The notes under the pieces were generated by a model. The model did no database searches. It had not been told where the DNA came from and saw nothing but the letters and a program-made list of their open reading frames with translations. Shown piece after piece: positions 23,177-38,100 of a stretch of 64,000 nt of DNA; position 1 is the first letter of the stretch; each line of letters begins with the position of its first letter. The translations under genes were made by a program, and so were the position numbers. The stretch comes from Eledone cirrhosa. Its lineage: Eukaryota. Location: NCBI GenBank assembly GCA_964016885.1, contig OZ024744.1, positions 102,362,001-102,426,000 of the forward strand. Reading direction: 5' to 3'.

Positions 23177-26100
23177 ACTATAGAACAGTTCTATAGTAGG
23201 ATGGTGTGTCAGCAGATATATCAGGTGTGACACTATAGAACAGTTCTATAGTAGGATGGTGTGTCACCAGATATATCAGAGCTGACACTATAGAACAGTT
23301 CTATAGTAGGATGGTGTGTCACCAGATATATCAGAGCTGACACTATAGAACAGTTCTATAGTAGGATGGTGTGTCACCAGATATATCAGGGGTGACACTA
23401 TAGAACAGTTCTATAGTAGGATGGTGTGTCACCAGATATATCAGAGTTGACACTATAGAACAGTTCTATAGTAAGGTGGTGTGTCATCAGGTGTGACACT
23501 ATAGAACAGGTCTATAGTAGGATGGTGTGTCACCAGATATATAAGTGGTGACACTATGGCACAGTTCTATAGTAGGATGGTGTGTCACCAGATATATCAC
23601 AGCTGACACTATAGAACAGTTCTATAGTTTCATGGTGTGTCACCAGATATAACGGAGGGGACACTATAGAACAGTTCTATAGTAGGATGGTGTGTCACCA
23701 GATATATGAGAGATGACACTATAGAACAGTTCTATAGTAGGATGGTGTGTCACCAGATATATAAGTGGTGACACTATGGCACAGTTCTATAGTAGGATGG
23801 TGTGTCACCAGATATATCAGGGATGACACTATAGAACAGTTCTATAGTAGGATGGTGTGTCACCAGATAAATCAGGGATGACACTATAAAACAGTTCTAT
23901 AACAGGATGGCGTGTCACCAGATATATCAGAGTTGACACTATAGAACAGTTCTATAGTAGGATGGTGTGTCACCAGATATATCAGAGTTGACACTATAGA
24001 ACAGTTCTATAGTAAGGTGGTGTGTCACCAGATATATCAGGTGTGACACTATAGAACAGGTCTATAGTAGGATGGTGTGTCACCAGGTATATAAGTGGTG
24101 ACACTATGGCACAGTTCTATAGTAGGATGGTGTGTCACCAGATATATCACAGCTGACACTATAGAACAGTTCTATAGTTTCATGGTGTGTCACCAGATAT
24201 AACGGAGGGGACATTATAGAACAGTTCTATAGTATGATGCTGTGTCACCAGATATATGAGAGGTGACACTATAGAACAGCTCTATAGTAGGATGGTGTGT
24301 CACCAGATATATAAGTGGTGACACTATGGCACAGTTCTATAGTAGGATGGTGTGTCACCAGATATATCAGGGGTGACACTGTAGAACAGTTCTATAGTAG
24401 GATGGTGTGTCACCAGATAAGTCAGAGGTGACACTATAGAACAGTTCTATAGTAGGATGGTGTGTCACCAGATATATCAGAGGTGACACTATAGAACAGT
24501 TCTATAGTAGGATGGTGTGTCACCAGATATATCAGAGGTGACACTCTAGAACAGTTCTATAGTAGGATGGTGTGTCACCAGATATATCAGAGGTGACACT
24601 CTAGAACAGTTCTATAGTAGGATGGTGTGTCACCAGATATATCAGAGGTGACACTCTAGAACAGTTCTATAGTAGGATGGTGTGTCACCAGATATATCAG
24701 GTGTGACACTATAGAACAGTTCAATAGTAGGATCGTGTGTCACCAGATATATCAGGTGAGACACTGTAGAACAGTTCTATAGTAGTATGGTGTGTGACCA
24801 GATATATCAGGGGTGACACTATAGAACAGTTCTATAGTAGGATGGAGTGTCACCACATATATCAGGTGTGACACTATAGAACAGTTCTATAGTAGGATGG
24901 TGTGTCACCTGATATATCAGGTGTAACACAATAGAACACTTCTATAGTAGGATAGTGTGTCACCAGATACATCCTATGTGAGACTATAGAACTGTTCTAT
25001 ACTAGGATGGTATGTCACCAGATATATCAGAGCTGACACTATAGAACAGTTCTATAGTAGGATGGTGTGTCACCAGATATATCAGAGGTGACACTATAGA
25101 ACAGTTCTATAGTAGTATGGTGTGTCACCAGATATATCAGAGGTGACACTATACAACAGTTCTATAGTAGGATGGTGTGTCACCAGATATATCAGATGTG
25201 ACACTATAGAACAATTCTATACTAGGATGGTGTGTCACCAGATATATGAGAGGTGACACTATAGAACAGTTCTATAGTAGGATGGTGTGTCACCAGATAT
25301 ATCAGGGGTGACACTATAGTACAGTTCTATAGTAGGATGTGGTGTCACCAGATATATCAGGGGTGACACTATAGATCTGTTCTATAGTAGGATGGTGTGT
25401 CACCAGATATATCCAATGTGACACTATAGAACAGTTGTATAGTAGGATGGTGTGTCACCAGATATATCAAAGGTGACACTATGGAACATATGTATAGTAG
25501 GATGGTGTGTCACCAGATATATCAGGTGTGACACTATAGATCAGTTCTATAGTAGGATGGTGTGTCACCAGATATATCAGGTGTGACACTATAGATCAGT
25601 TCTATAGTAGGATGGTGTGTCACCAGATATGTCCGATGTGACACTATAGAACAGTTCTATAGTAGGATGGTGTGTCACCAGATATATCAGAGGTGACACT
25701 ATAGAACAGTTCTATAGTAGGATGGTGTGTCACCATATATATCAGGTGTGACACTATAGAACAGTTCTATAGTAGAATGGTGTGTCACCAGATATATCAG
25801 AGGTGACACTATAGAACAGTTCTATAGTAGGATGGTGTGTCACCAGATATATCCGATGTGACACTATAGAACAGTTCTATAGTAGAATGGTGTGTCACCA
25901 GATATATCAGAGGTGACACTATAAAACAGTTCTATAGTAGAATGGTGTGTCACCAGATATATCAGAGGTGACACTATAGAACAGTTCTATAGTAGGATGG
26001 TGTGTCACCAGATATATCAGGTTTGACACTATAGAACAGTTCTATAGTAGGATGGTGTGTCACCTGATAGATCAATTGTGACACTATAGAACAGTTCTAT

Positions 26101-29100
26101 AGTAGGATGGTGTGTCACCAGATATATCAGGTGTGACACTATAGAACAGTTCTATAGTAGGATGGTGTGTCACCAGACAGATCAAGTGTGACACTATAGA
26201 AGAGTTCTATAGTAGGACGGTGTGTCACCAGATATATCAGGTGTGACACTATAGAACAGTTCTATAGTAGGATGGTGTGTCACCAGATATAACAGGTGTG
26301 ACACAATAGAACAGTTCTATAGTAGGATGGTGTGTCACCAGATATATCAGGTGTGACACTATAGAACAGTTCTACAGTAGGATGGTGTGTCACCAGATAT
26401 ATCAGGTGTGACACTATAGAACAGTTCTATAGTAGGATGGTGTGTCACCAAATATATCAGGTGTGACACTATAGAACAGTTCTATAGTAGGATGGTGTGT
26501 CACCAGATATATAAGGTGTGACACTCTAGAACAGTTCTATAGTAGGATGCTGTATCACCAGATATATCAGGTGTCACTGTATAGAACAGTTCTATAGTAG
26601 GATGCAGTGTCACCAGATATATCAGGTGTGACACTATAGAACAGTTCTATAGTAGGATGGTGTGTCACCAGATATATCAGCTGTTGCACTATAGAACAGT
26701 TCTATACTAGCTTGGTGTGTCACCAGATATATGAGAGGTGACACTATAGAACAGTTCTATAGTAGGATGGTGTGTCGCCTTATATATGAGAGGTGACACT
26801 ACAGAGCAGTTCTATAGTTTGATGGTGTGTCACCAGATATAACAGGTATGACACTATGGAACAGTTCTATAGCTTGATGGTGTGTCACCAGATATATCAG
26901 AGGTGGCACTATAGCACAGTTATATAGTAGGATGGTGTGCCACCAGATATATCATAGGTGGGACTATAGAACAGTTCTAAAGTAGGATGGTGTGTCACCA
27001 GATATATCAGGTGTGACACTATAGAACAGTTCTATAGTAGGATGGTGTGTCACCAGATATATCAGAGGTGACACTATAGAACAGTTCTATAGTAGGATGG
27101 TGTGTCACCAGATATATCAGCTGTGACACTATAGAACAGTTCTATAGTAGGATGGTGTGTTACCAGATATATCAGGTGTGACACTATAGAACAATTCTAT
27201 AGTAGGATGGTGTGTCACCAGATATATCAGAGGTGACACTATAGAACAGTTATATAGTAGGATGGTGTGTCACCAGATATATCAGAGGTGACACTATAGA
27301 ACAGTTCTATATATTAATTTTGTGTCACCAGATATATCAGAGGTGACACTATAGCACAGTTATATAGTAGGATGGTGTGTCACCAGATATATCAGAGGTG
27401 ACACTATAGAACAGTTCTATAGTAGCATGGTGTGTCACCAGATATATCAGAGATGACACTATAGAACAGTTATATAGTAGGATGGTGTGTCACCAGATAT
27501 ATCAGCTGTGACACTATAGCACAGTTATATAGTAGGATGGTGTGTCACCAGATATATCAGGGGTGACACTATAGAACAGTTCTATAGTAGGATGGTGTGT
27601 CACCAGATATATCAGGTGTGACACTATATAACAGTTCTATAGTAGGATGGTGTGTCACCAGATATATCAGAGGTGAGACAATAGAACAGTTCTATAGTAG
27701 GATGGTGTGTCACCAGATAAATCAGGGGTGACACTATAGTAAAGTTCTATAGTAGTATGGTGTGTCACCAGATATATCAGCGGTGACATTATAGAACAGT
27801 TCTATAGTAGGATGGTGTGTCACCAGATATATCGGGTGTGACATTATAGAACAGTTCTCTAGTAAGATGGTGTGTGACCAGATATATCAGGTGTGACATT
27901 ATAGAACAGTTCTATCCTAGGATGGTGTGTCACCAGATATATCAGGCGTGACACTATGGAACAGTTCTATAGTAGGATGCTGTGTCACCAGATATATGAG
28001 GGGTGACACTTTAGAACAGTTCTATAGTAGGATGGTTTGTCACCAGATATATGAGAGGTGATACTATAGAACAGTTCTACAGTAGGCTGGTGTGTCACCA
28101 GATATATCGGGCGTGACACTATTGAAAAGTTCTATAGTAGGATGGTGCGTCACCCGTTATATCAGAGGTGACACTATAGAACAGTTCTATAGCAGGATGG
28201 TGTGTCACCAGATATATGAGAGGTGACACTATAGAACAGTTCTATAGTAGGATGGTGCGTCACCAGATATCTGAGGTGTGACACTATAGAACAGTTCTAT
28301 AGTAGGATGGTGTGTCACCAGATATATCAGGTGTGACACTATAGAACGGTTCTATAGTAGGATGGTGTGTAACCAGATATGAGGGGTAACACTATAGAAC
28401 AGTTCAATAGTAGGATGGTGTGTCACCAGATATATCAGGGGTGACACTATAGAAAAGTTCTATAGTAGTATGGTGTGTCACCAGATGTATCAGAGGTGAC
28501 ACTATAGAACAGTTCTATAGTAGGATGGTGTGTCAGCAGATATATCAGCTGTTACATTATAGAACAGTTCTATCGTAGGATGGTGTGTCACCAGATACAG
28601 AGTTGACAATATAGAACAGTTCTATAGTAAGATGGTCTGTCACAAGATATAGGACAGATGACACTATAGAACAGTTCTATAGTAGGATTTTGTGTCACCA
28701 GATATATGACATATGACACTATAGCACAGTTATATAGTAGGATGGTGTGCCACCAGATATATCATAGGTGAGACTATAGAACAGTTCTAAAGTAGGATGG
28801 TGTGTCACCAGATATATCAGGGGTGACACTATAGAACAGTTCTATAGTAGAATGGTGTGTCACCAGATATATCAGAGGTGACACTATAGTACAGTTATAT
28901 AGTAGGATGGTGTGTCACCAGATATATCAGAGGTGACACGATAGAACAGTTCTATAGTAGCATGGTGTGTCACCAGATATATCAGAGATGACACTATAGA
29001 ACAGTTCTATAGTAGGATGTTGTGTCACCAGATATATCAGGTGTGACACTATATAACAGTTCTATAGTAGGATGGTGTGTCACCAGATATATCAGAGGTG

Positions 29101-32100
29101 AGACAATAGAACAGTTCTATAGTAGGATGTTGTATCACCAGATAAATCAGGGGTGACACTATAGTAAAGTTCTATAGTAGTATGGTGTGTCACCAGATAT
29201 ATCAGCGGTGACATTATAGAACAGTTCTATAGTAGGATGGTGTGTCACCAGATATATCGGGTGTGACATTATAGAAAAGTTCTGTAGTAAGATGGTGTGT
29301 GACCAGATATATCAGGTGTGACATTATAGAACAGTTCTATCCTAGGATGGTGTGTCACCAGATATATCAGGCGTGACACTATGGAACAGTTCTATAGCAG
29401 GATGCTGTGTCACCAGATATATGAGGGGTCACACTTTAGAACAGTTCTATTGTAGGATGGTGTGTCACGAGATATATCAGGTGTGACACTATAGAACAGT
29501 TCTATAGTAGGTTGGTGTGTCACGAGATATATCAGGTGTGACACTATAGAACAGTTCTATAGTAGGATGGTGTGTCACCAGATATATCAGAAGTGAGACA
29601 ATAGAACAGTTCTATAGTAGGATGGTGTGTCACCAGATAAATCAGGGATGACACTATAGTAAAGTTCTATAGTAGTATGGTGTGTCACCAGATATATGAG
29701 AGGTGACACTATAGAACAGTTCTATAGTAGGATGGTGCGTCACCAGATATCTGAGGTGTGACACTATACAACAGTTCTATAGTAGGATGGTGTGTCACCA
29801 GATATATCAGGTGTGACACTATAGAACAGTTCTATAGTAGGATGGTGTGTCTCCAGATATAAAAGGTGTGACGGTATAGAACAGTTCTATAGTAGGATGG
29901 TGTGTCACCAGATATATCAGGTGTGACACTATAGATCAGTTCTATAGTAGGATGGTGTGTCACCAGATATGTCCGATGTGACACTATAGAACAGTTCTAT
30001 AGTAGGATGGTGTGTCACCAGATATATCAGAGGTGACACTATAGAACAGTTCTATAGTAGGATGGTGTGTCACCATATATATCAGGTGTGACACTATAGA
30101 ACAGTTCTATAGTAGAATGGTGTGTCACCAGATATATCAGAGGTGACACTATAGAACAGTTCTATAGTAGGATGGTGTGTCACCAGATATATCCGATGTG
30201 ACACTATAGAACAGTTCTATAGTAGAATGGTGTGTCACCAGATATATCAGAGGTGACACTATAAAACAGTTCTATAGTAGAATGGTGTGTCACCAGATAT
30301 ATCAGAGGTGACACTATAGAACAGTTCTATAGTAGGATGGTGTGTCACCAGATATATCAGGTTTGACACTATAGAACAGTTCTATAGTAGGATGGTGTGT
30401 CACCTGATAGATCAATTGTGACACTATAGAACAGTTCTATAGTAGGATGGTGTGTCACCAGATATATCAGGTGTGACACTATAGAACAGTTCTATAGTAG
30501 GATGGTGTGTCACCAGACAGATCAAGTGTGACACTATAGAAGAGTTCTATAGTAGGACGGTGTGTCACCAGATATATCAGGTGTGACACTATAGAACAGT
30601 TCTATAGTAGGATGGTGTGTCACCAGATATAACAGGTGTGACACAATAGAACAGTTCTATAGTAGGATGGTGTGTCACCAGATATATCAGGTGTGACACT
30701 ATAGAACAGTTCTACAGTAGGATGGTGTGTCACCAGATATATCAGGTGTGACACTATAGAACAGTTCTATAGTAGGATGGTGTGTCACCAAATATATCAG
30801 GTGTGACACTATAGAACAGTTCTATAGTAGGATGGTGTGTCACCAGATATATAAGGTGTGACACTCTAGAACAGTTCTATAGTAGGATGCTGTATCACCA
30901 GATATATCAGGTGTCACTGTATAGAACAGTTCTATAGTAGGATGCAGTGTCACCAGATATATCAGGTGTGACACTATAGAACAGTTCTATAGTAGGATGG
31001 TGTGTCACCAGATATATCAGCTGTTGCACTATAGAACAGTTCTATACTAGCTTGGTGTGTCACCAGATATATGAGAGGTGACACTATAGAACAGTTCTAT
31101 AGTAGGATGGTGTGTCGCCTTATATATGAGAGGTGACACTACAGAGCAGTTCTATAGTTTGATGGTGTGTCACCAGATATAACAGGTATGACACTATGGA
31201 ACAGTTCTATAGCTTGATGGTGTGTCACCAGATATATCAGAGGTGGCACTATAGCACAGTTATATAGTAGGATGGTGTGCCACCAGATATATCATAGGTG
31301 GGACTATAGAACAGTTCTAAAGTAGGATGGTGTGTCACCAGATATATCAGGTGTGACACTATAGAACAGTTCTATAGTAGGATGGTGTGTCACCAGATAT
31401 ATCAGAGGTGACACTATAGAACAGTTCTATAGTAGGATGGTGTGTCACCAGATATATCAGCTGTGACACTATAGAACAGTTCTATAGTAGGATGGTGTGT
31501 CACCAGATATATCAGGTGTGACACTATAGAACAATTCTATAGTAGGATGGTGTGTCACCAGATATATCAGAGGTGACACTATAGAACAGTTATATAGTAG
31601 GATGGTGTGTCACCAGATATATCAGAGGTGACACTATAGAACAGTTCTATATATTAATTTTGTGTCACCAGATATATCAGAGGTGACACTATAGCACAGT
31701 TATATAGTAGGATGGTGTGTCACCAGATATATCAGAGGTGACACTATAGAACAGTTCTATAGTAGCATGGTGTGTCACCAGATATATCAGAGATGACACT
31801 ATAGAACAGTTATATAGTAGGATGGTGTGTCACCAGATATATCAGCTGTGACACTATAGCACAGTTATATAGTAGGATGGTGTGTCACCAGATATATCAG
31901 GGGTGACACTATAGAACAGTTCTATAGTAGGATGGTGTGTCACCAGATATATCAGGTGTGACACTATATAACAGTTCTATAGTAGGATGGTGTGTCACCA
32001 GATATATCAGAGGTGAGACAATAGAACAGTTCTATAGTAGGATGGTGTGTCACCAGATAAATCAGGGGTGACACTATAGTAAAGTTCTATAGTAGTATGG

Positions 32101-35100
32101 TGTGTCACCAGATATATCAGCGGTGACATTATAGAACAGTTCTATAGTAGGATGGTGTGTCACCAGATATATCGGGTGTGACATTATAGAACAGTTCTCT
32201 AGTAAGATGGTGTGTGACCAGATATATCAGGTGTGACATTATAGAACAGTTCTATCCTAGGATGGTGTGTCACCAGATATATCAGGCGTGACACTATGGA
32301 ACAGTTCTATAGTAGGATGCTGTGTCACCAGATATATGAGGGGTGACACTTTAGAACAGTTCTATAGTAGGATGGTTTGTCACCAGATATATGAGAGGTG
32401 ATACTATAGAACAGTTCTACAGTAGGCTGGTGTGTCACCAGATATATCGGGCGTGACACTATTGAAAAGTTCTATAGTAGGATGGTGCGTCACCCGTTAT
32501 ATCAGAGGTGACACTATAGAACAGTTCTATAGCAGGATGGTGTGTCACCAGATATATGAGAGGTGACACTATAGAACAGTTCTATAGTAGGATGGTGCGT
32601 CACCAGATATCTGAGGTGTGACACTATAGAACAGTTCTATAGTAGGATGGTGTGTCACCAGATATATCAGGTGTGACACTATAGAACGGTTCTATAGTAG
32701 GATGGTGTGTAACCAGATATGAGGGGTAACACTATAGAACAGTTCAATAGTAGGATGGTGTGTCACCAGATATATCAGGGGTGACACTATAGAAAAGTTC
32801 TATAGTAGTATGGTGTGTCACCAGATGTATCAGAGGTGACACTATAGAACAGTTCTATAGTAGGATGGTGTGTCAGCAGATATATCAGCTGTTACATTAT
32901 AGAACAGTTCTATCGTAGGATGGTGTGTCACCAGATACAGAGTTGACAATATAGAACAGTTCTATAGTAAGATGGTCTGTCACAAGATATAGGACAGATG
33001 ACACTATAGAACAGTTCTATAGTAGGATTTTGTGTCACCAGATATATGACATATGACACTATAGCACAGTTATATAGTAGGATGGTGTGCCACCAGATAT
33101 ATCATAGGTGAGACTATAGAACAGTTCTAAAGTAGGATGGTGTGTCACCAGATATATCAGGGGTGACACTATAGAACAGTTCTATAGTAGAATGGTGTGT
33201 CACCAGATATATCAGAGGTGACACTATAGTACAGTTATATAGTAGGATGGTGTGTCACCAGATATATCAGAGGTGACACGATAGAACAGTTCTATAGTAG
33301 CATGGTGTGTCACCAGATATATCAGAGATGACACTATAGAACAGTTCTATAGTAGGATGTTGTGTCACCAGATATATCAGGTGTGACACTATATAACAGT
33401 TCTATAGTAGGATGGTGTGTCACCAGATATATCAGAGGTGAGACAATAGAACAGTTCTATAGTAGGATGTTGTATCACCAGATAAATCAGGGGTGACACT
33501 ATAGTAAAGTTCTATAGTAGTATGGTGTGTCACCAGATATATCAGCGGTGACATTATAGAACAGTTCTATAGTAGGATGGTGTGTCACCAGATATATCGG
33601 GTGTGACATTATAGAAAAGTTCTGTAGTAAGATGGTGTGTGACCAGATATATCAGGTGTGACATTATAGAACAGTTCTATCCTAGGATGGTGTGTCACCA
33701 GATATATCAGGCGTGACACTATGGAACAGTTCTATAGCAGGATGCTGTGTCACCAGATATATGAGGGGTCACACTTTAGAACAGTTCTATTGTAGGATGG
33801 TGTGTCACGAGATATATCAGGTGTGACACTATAGAACAGTTCTATAGTAGGTTGGTGTGTCACGAGATATATCAGGTGTGACACTATAGAACAGTTCTAT
33901 AGTAGGATGGTGTGTCACCAGATATATCAGAAGTGAGACAATAGAACAGTTCTATAGTAGGATGGTGTGTCACCAGATAAATCAGGGATGACACTATAGT
34001 AAAGTTCTATAGTAGTATGGTGTGTCACCAGATATATGAGAGGTGACACTATAGAACAGTTCTATAGTAGGATGGTGCGTCACCAGATATCTGAGGTGTG
34101 ACACTATACAACAGTTCTATAGTAGGATGGTGTGTCACCAGATATATCAGGTGTGACACTATAGAACAGTTCTATAGTAGGATGGTGTGTCTCCAGATAT
34201 AAAAGGTGTGACGGTATAGAACAGTTCTATAGTAGGATGGTGTGTCACCAGATATATCAGGTGTGGCACTATATAACTGTTCTATAGTAGGATGGTGTGT
34301 CACCAGATATATCAGAGGTGACACTATAGAACAGTTCTATAGTAGGATGGTGTGTCACCAGATATATCAGAGGTGACACTATCGAACACATCTATAGTAG
34401 GATGGTGTGTCACCAGATATATCAGGTGTGACACTATAGAACAGTTATATAGTAGGATGGTGTGTCACCAGATATATCAGAGGTGACACTATAGAACAGT
34501 TCTATACTAGGATGGTGTGTCACCAGATAAATCAGAGGTGACACCATAGAACAGTTCTAGAGTAGGATGGAGTGTCACCAGATATATGAGAGGTGACACT
34601 ATAGAACAGTTCTATAGTAGTATGGTGTGTCACCAGATATATAAGGTGTGACACTATAGAACAGTTCTATACTAGGATGGTGTGTCACCAGATAAATCAG
34701 AGGTGACACCATAGAACAGTTCTAGAGTAGGATGGAGTGTCACCAGATATATGAGAGGTGACACTATAGAACAGTTCTATAGTAGTATGGTGTGTCACCA
34801 GATATATAAGGTGTGACACTATAGAACAGTTCTATACTAGGATGGTGTGTCACCAGGTATATCAGGTGTGACACTGTAGAATAGTTCTATAGTAGGATGG
34901 TGTGTCACCAGATATATCAGGTGTGACACTATAGAATAGTTCTATAGTAGGATGGTGTGTCACCAGATATATCAGGTGTGACACTATAGAACAGTTCTAT
35001 AGTAGAATGGTGTGTCACCAGATATATCAGAGGTGACATTATAGAACAGTTCTATAGTAGGATGGTGTGTCACCAGATATATCGGGTGTGACATTATAGA

Positions 35101-38100
35101 ACAGTTCTCTAGTAAGATGGTGTGTGACCAGATATATCAGGTGTGACATTATAGAACAGTTCTATCCTAGGATGGTGTGTCACCAGATATATCAGGCGTG
35201 ACACTATGGAACAGTTCTATAGTAGGTTGGTGTGTCACGAGATATATCAGGTGTGACACTATAGAACAGTTCTATAGTAGGATGGTGTGTCACCAGATAT
35301 ATCAGAAGTGACACTATAGAACAGTTCTATAGTAGGATGGTGTGTCACCAGATAAATCAGGGATGACACTATAGTAAAGTTCTATAGTAGTATGGTGTGT
35401 CACCAGATATATCAGAGGTGACACTATAGAACAGTTCTATAGTAGGATGGTGCGTCACCAGATATCTGAGGTGTGACACTATAGAACAGTTCTATAGTAG
35501 GATGGTGTGTCACCAGATATATCAGGTGTGACACTATAGAACAGTTCTATAGTAGGATGGTGTGTCTCCAGATATATCAGAGGTGACGCTATAGAACAGT
35601 TCTATAGTAGGATGGTGTGTCACCAGATATATCAGGTGTGGCACTATATAACTGTTCTATAGTAGGATGGTGTGTCACCAGATATATCAGAGGTGACACT
35701 ATAGAACAGTTCTATAGTAGGATGCTGTGTCACCAGATATATCAGAGGTGACACTATCGAACACATCTATAGTAGGATGGTGTGTCACCAGATATATCAG
35801 GTGTGACACTATAGAACAGTTATATAGTAGGATGGTGTCTCACCAGATATATCAGAGGTGACACTATAGAACTGTTCTATACTAGGATGGTGTATCACCA
35901 GATAAATCAGAGGTGACACCATAGAACAGTTCTAGAGTAGGATGGAGTGTCACCAGATATATGAGAGGTGACACTATAGAACAGTTCTATAGTAGTATGG
36001 TGTGTCACCAGATATATAAGGTGTGACACTATAGAACAGTTCTATACTAGGATGGTGTGTCACCAGGTATATCAGGTGTGACACTGTAGAACAGTTCTAT
36101 AGTAGGATGGTGTGTCACCAGATATATCAGGTGTGACACTATAGAACAGTTCTATAGTAGGATGGTGGGTCACCTGATATATGAGAGCTGACACTCTAGA
36201 AGAGTTCTATAGTAGGATGGTGTGTCACCAGATATATCAGGTGTGACACTATAGAACAGTTCTATAGTAGGATGGTGTGTCACCAGATATATCAGGTGTG
36301 ACACTATAGAACAGTTCTATAGTAGAATGGTGTGTCACTAGATATATCAGCGGTGACATTATAGAACAGTTCTATAGTAGGATGGTGTGTCACCAGATAT
36401 ATCGGGTGTGACATTATAGAACAGTTCTCTAGTAAGATGGTGTGTGACCAGATATATCAGGTGTGACATTATAGAACAGTTCTATCCTAGGATGGTGTGT
36501 CACCAGATATATCAGGCGTGACACTATGGAACAGTTCTATAGCAGGATGCTGTGTCACCAGATATATGAGGGTCACACTTTAGAACAGTTCTATTGTAGG
36601 ATGGTGTGTCATGAGATATATCAGGTGTGACACTATAGAACAGTTCTATAGTAGGTTGGTGTGTCACGAGATATATCAGGTGTGACACTATAGAACAGTT
36701 ATATAGTAGGATGGTGTGTCACCAGATATATCAGAAGTGACACTATAGAACATTTCTATACTAGGATGGTGTGTCACCAGATAAATCAGATGTGACACCA
36801 TAGAACAGTTCTAGAGTAGGATGGAGTGTCACCAGATATATGAGAGGTGACACTATAGAACAGTTCTATAGTAGTATGGTGTGTCACCAGATATATAAGG
36901 TGTGACATTATAGAACAGTTCTATACTAGGATGGTGTGTCACCAGGTATATCAGGTGTGACACTGTAGAACAGTTCTATAGTAGGATGGTGTGTCACCAG
37001 ATATATCAAAGGTGACACTATAGAACAGTTCTATAGTAGGATGGTGTGTCACCAGATATATCAAAGGTGACACTATAGAACAGTTCTATAGTAGGATGGT
37101 GTGTCACCAGATATATCAGGTGTGACACTATAGAACAGTTCTATAGTAGGATGGTGTGTCACCAGATATATCAGAGGTGACACTATAGAACAGTTGTATA
37201 CTAGGATGGTGTGTCACCAGATATATCAGAGGTGACACTATAGAACAGTTCTATAGTAGGATGGTGTGTCACCAGATATATCAGGTGTGACACTATAGAA
37301 CAGTTCTATAGTAGGATGGTGTGTCACCAGATATATCAGGTGTGACACTATAGAACAGTTCTATAGTAGAATGGTGTGTCACCAGATATAAAAGGTGGAA
37401 CACTATAGAACAGTTATATAGTAGTATGGGGTGTCACCCGTTATATCAGGTGTGACACCACAGAACAGTTCTATAGTAGGATGGTGTGTCACCTGATATA
37501 TAAGGTGTGACATTATAGAACAGTTCTATACTAGGATGGTGTGTCACCAGGTATATCAGGTGTGACACTGTAGAACAGTTCTATAGTAGGATGGTGTGTC
37601 ACCAGATATATCAAAGGTGACACTATAGAACAGTTCTATAGTAGGATGGTGTGTCACCAGATATATCAAAGGTGACACTATAGAACAGTTCTATAGTAGG
37701 ATGGTGTGTCACCAGATATATCAGGTGTGACACTATAGAACAGTTCTATAGTAGGATGGTGTGTCACCAGATATATCAGAGGTGACACTATAGAACAGTT
37801 CTATACTAGGATGGTGTGTCACCAGATATATCAGAGCTGACACTATAGAAGAGTTCTATAGTAGGATGGTGTGTCACCAGATATATCAAGTGTGACACTA
37901 TAGAACAGTTCTAGAGTAGGATGGTGTGTCACCAGATATATCTGGTGTGACACTATAGAACAGTTCTATAGTAGGATGGTGTGTCAGCAGATATATCAGA
38001 GGTGACACTATAGATCAGTTCTATAGTAGGATGGTGTGTCACCAGATATATCACAGGTGCCACTACCGAACAGTTCTATAGTAGGATGGTGTGTCACCAG

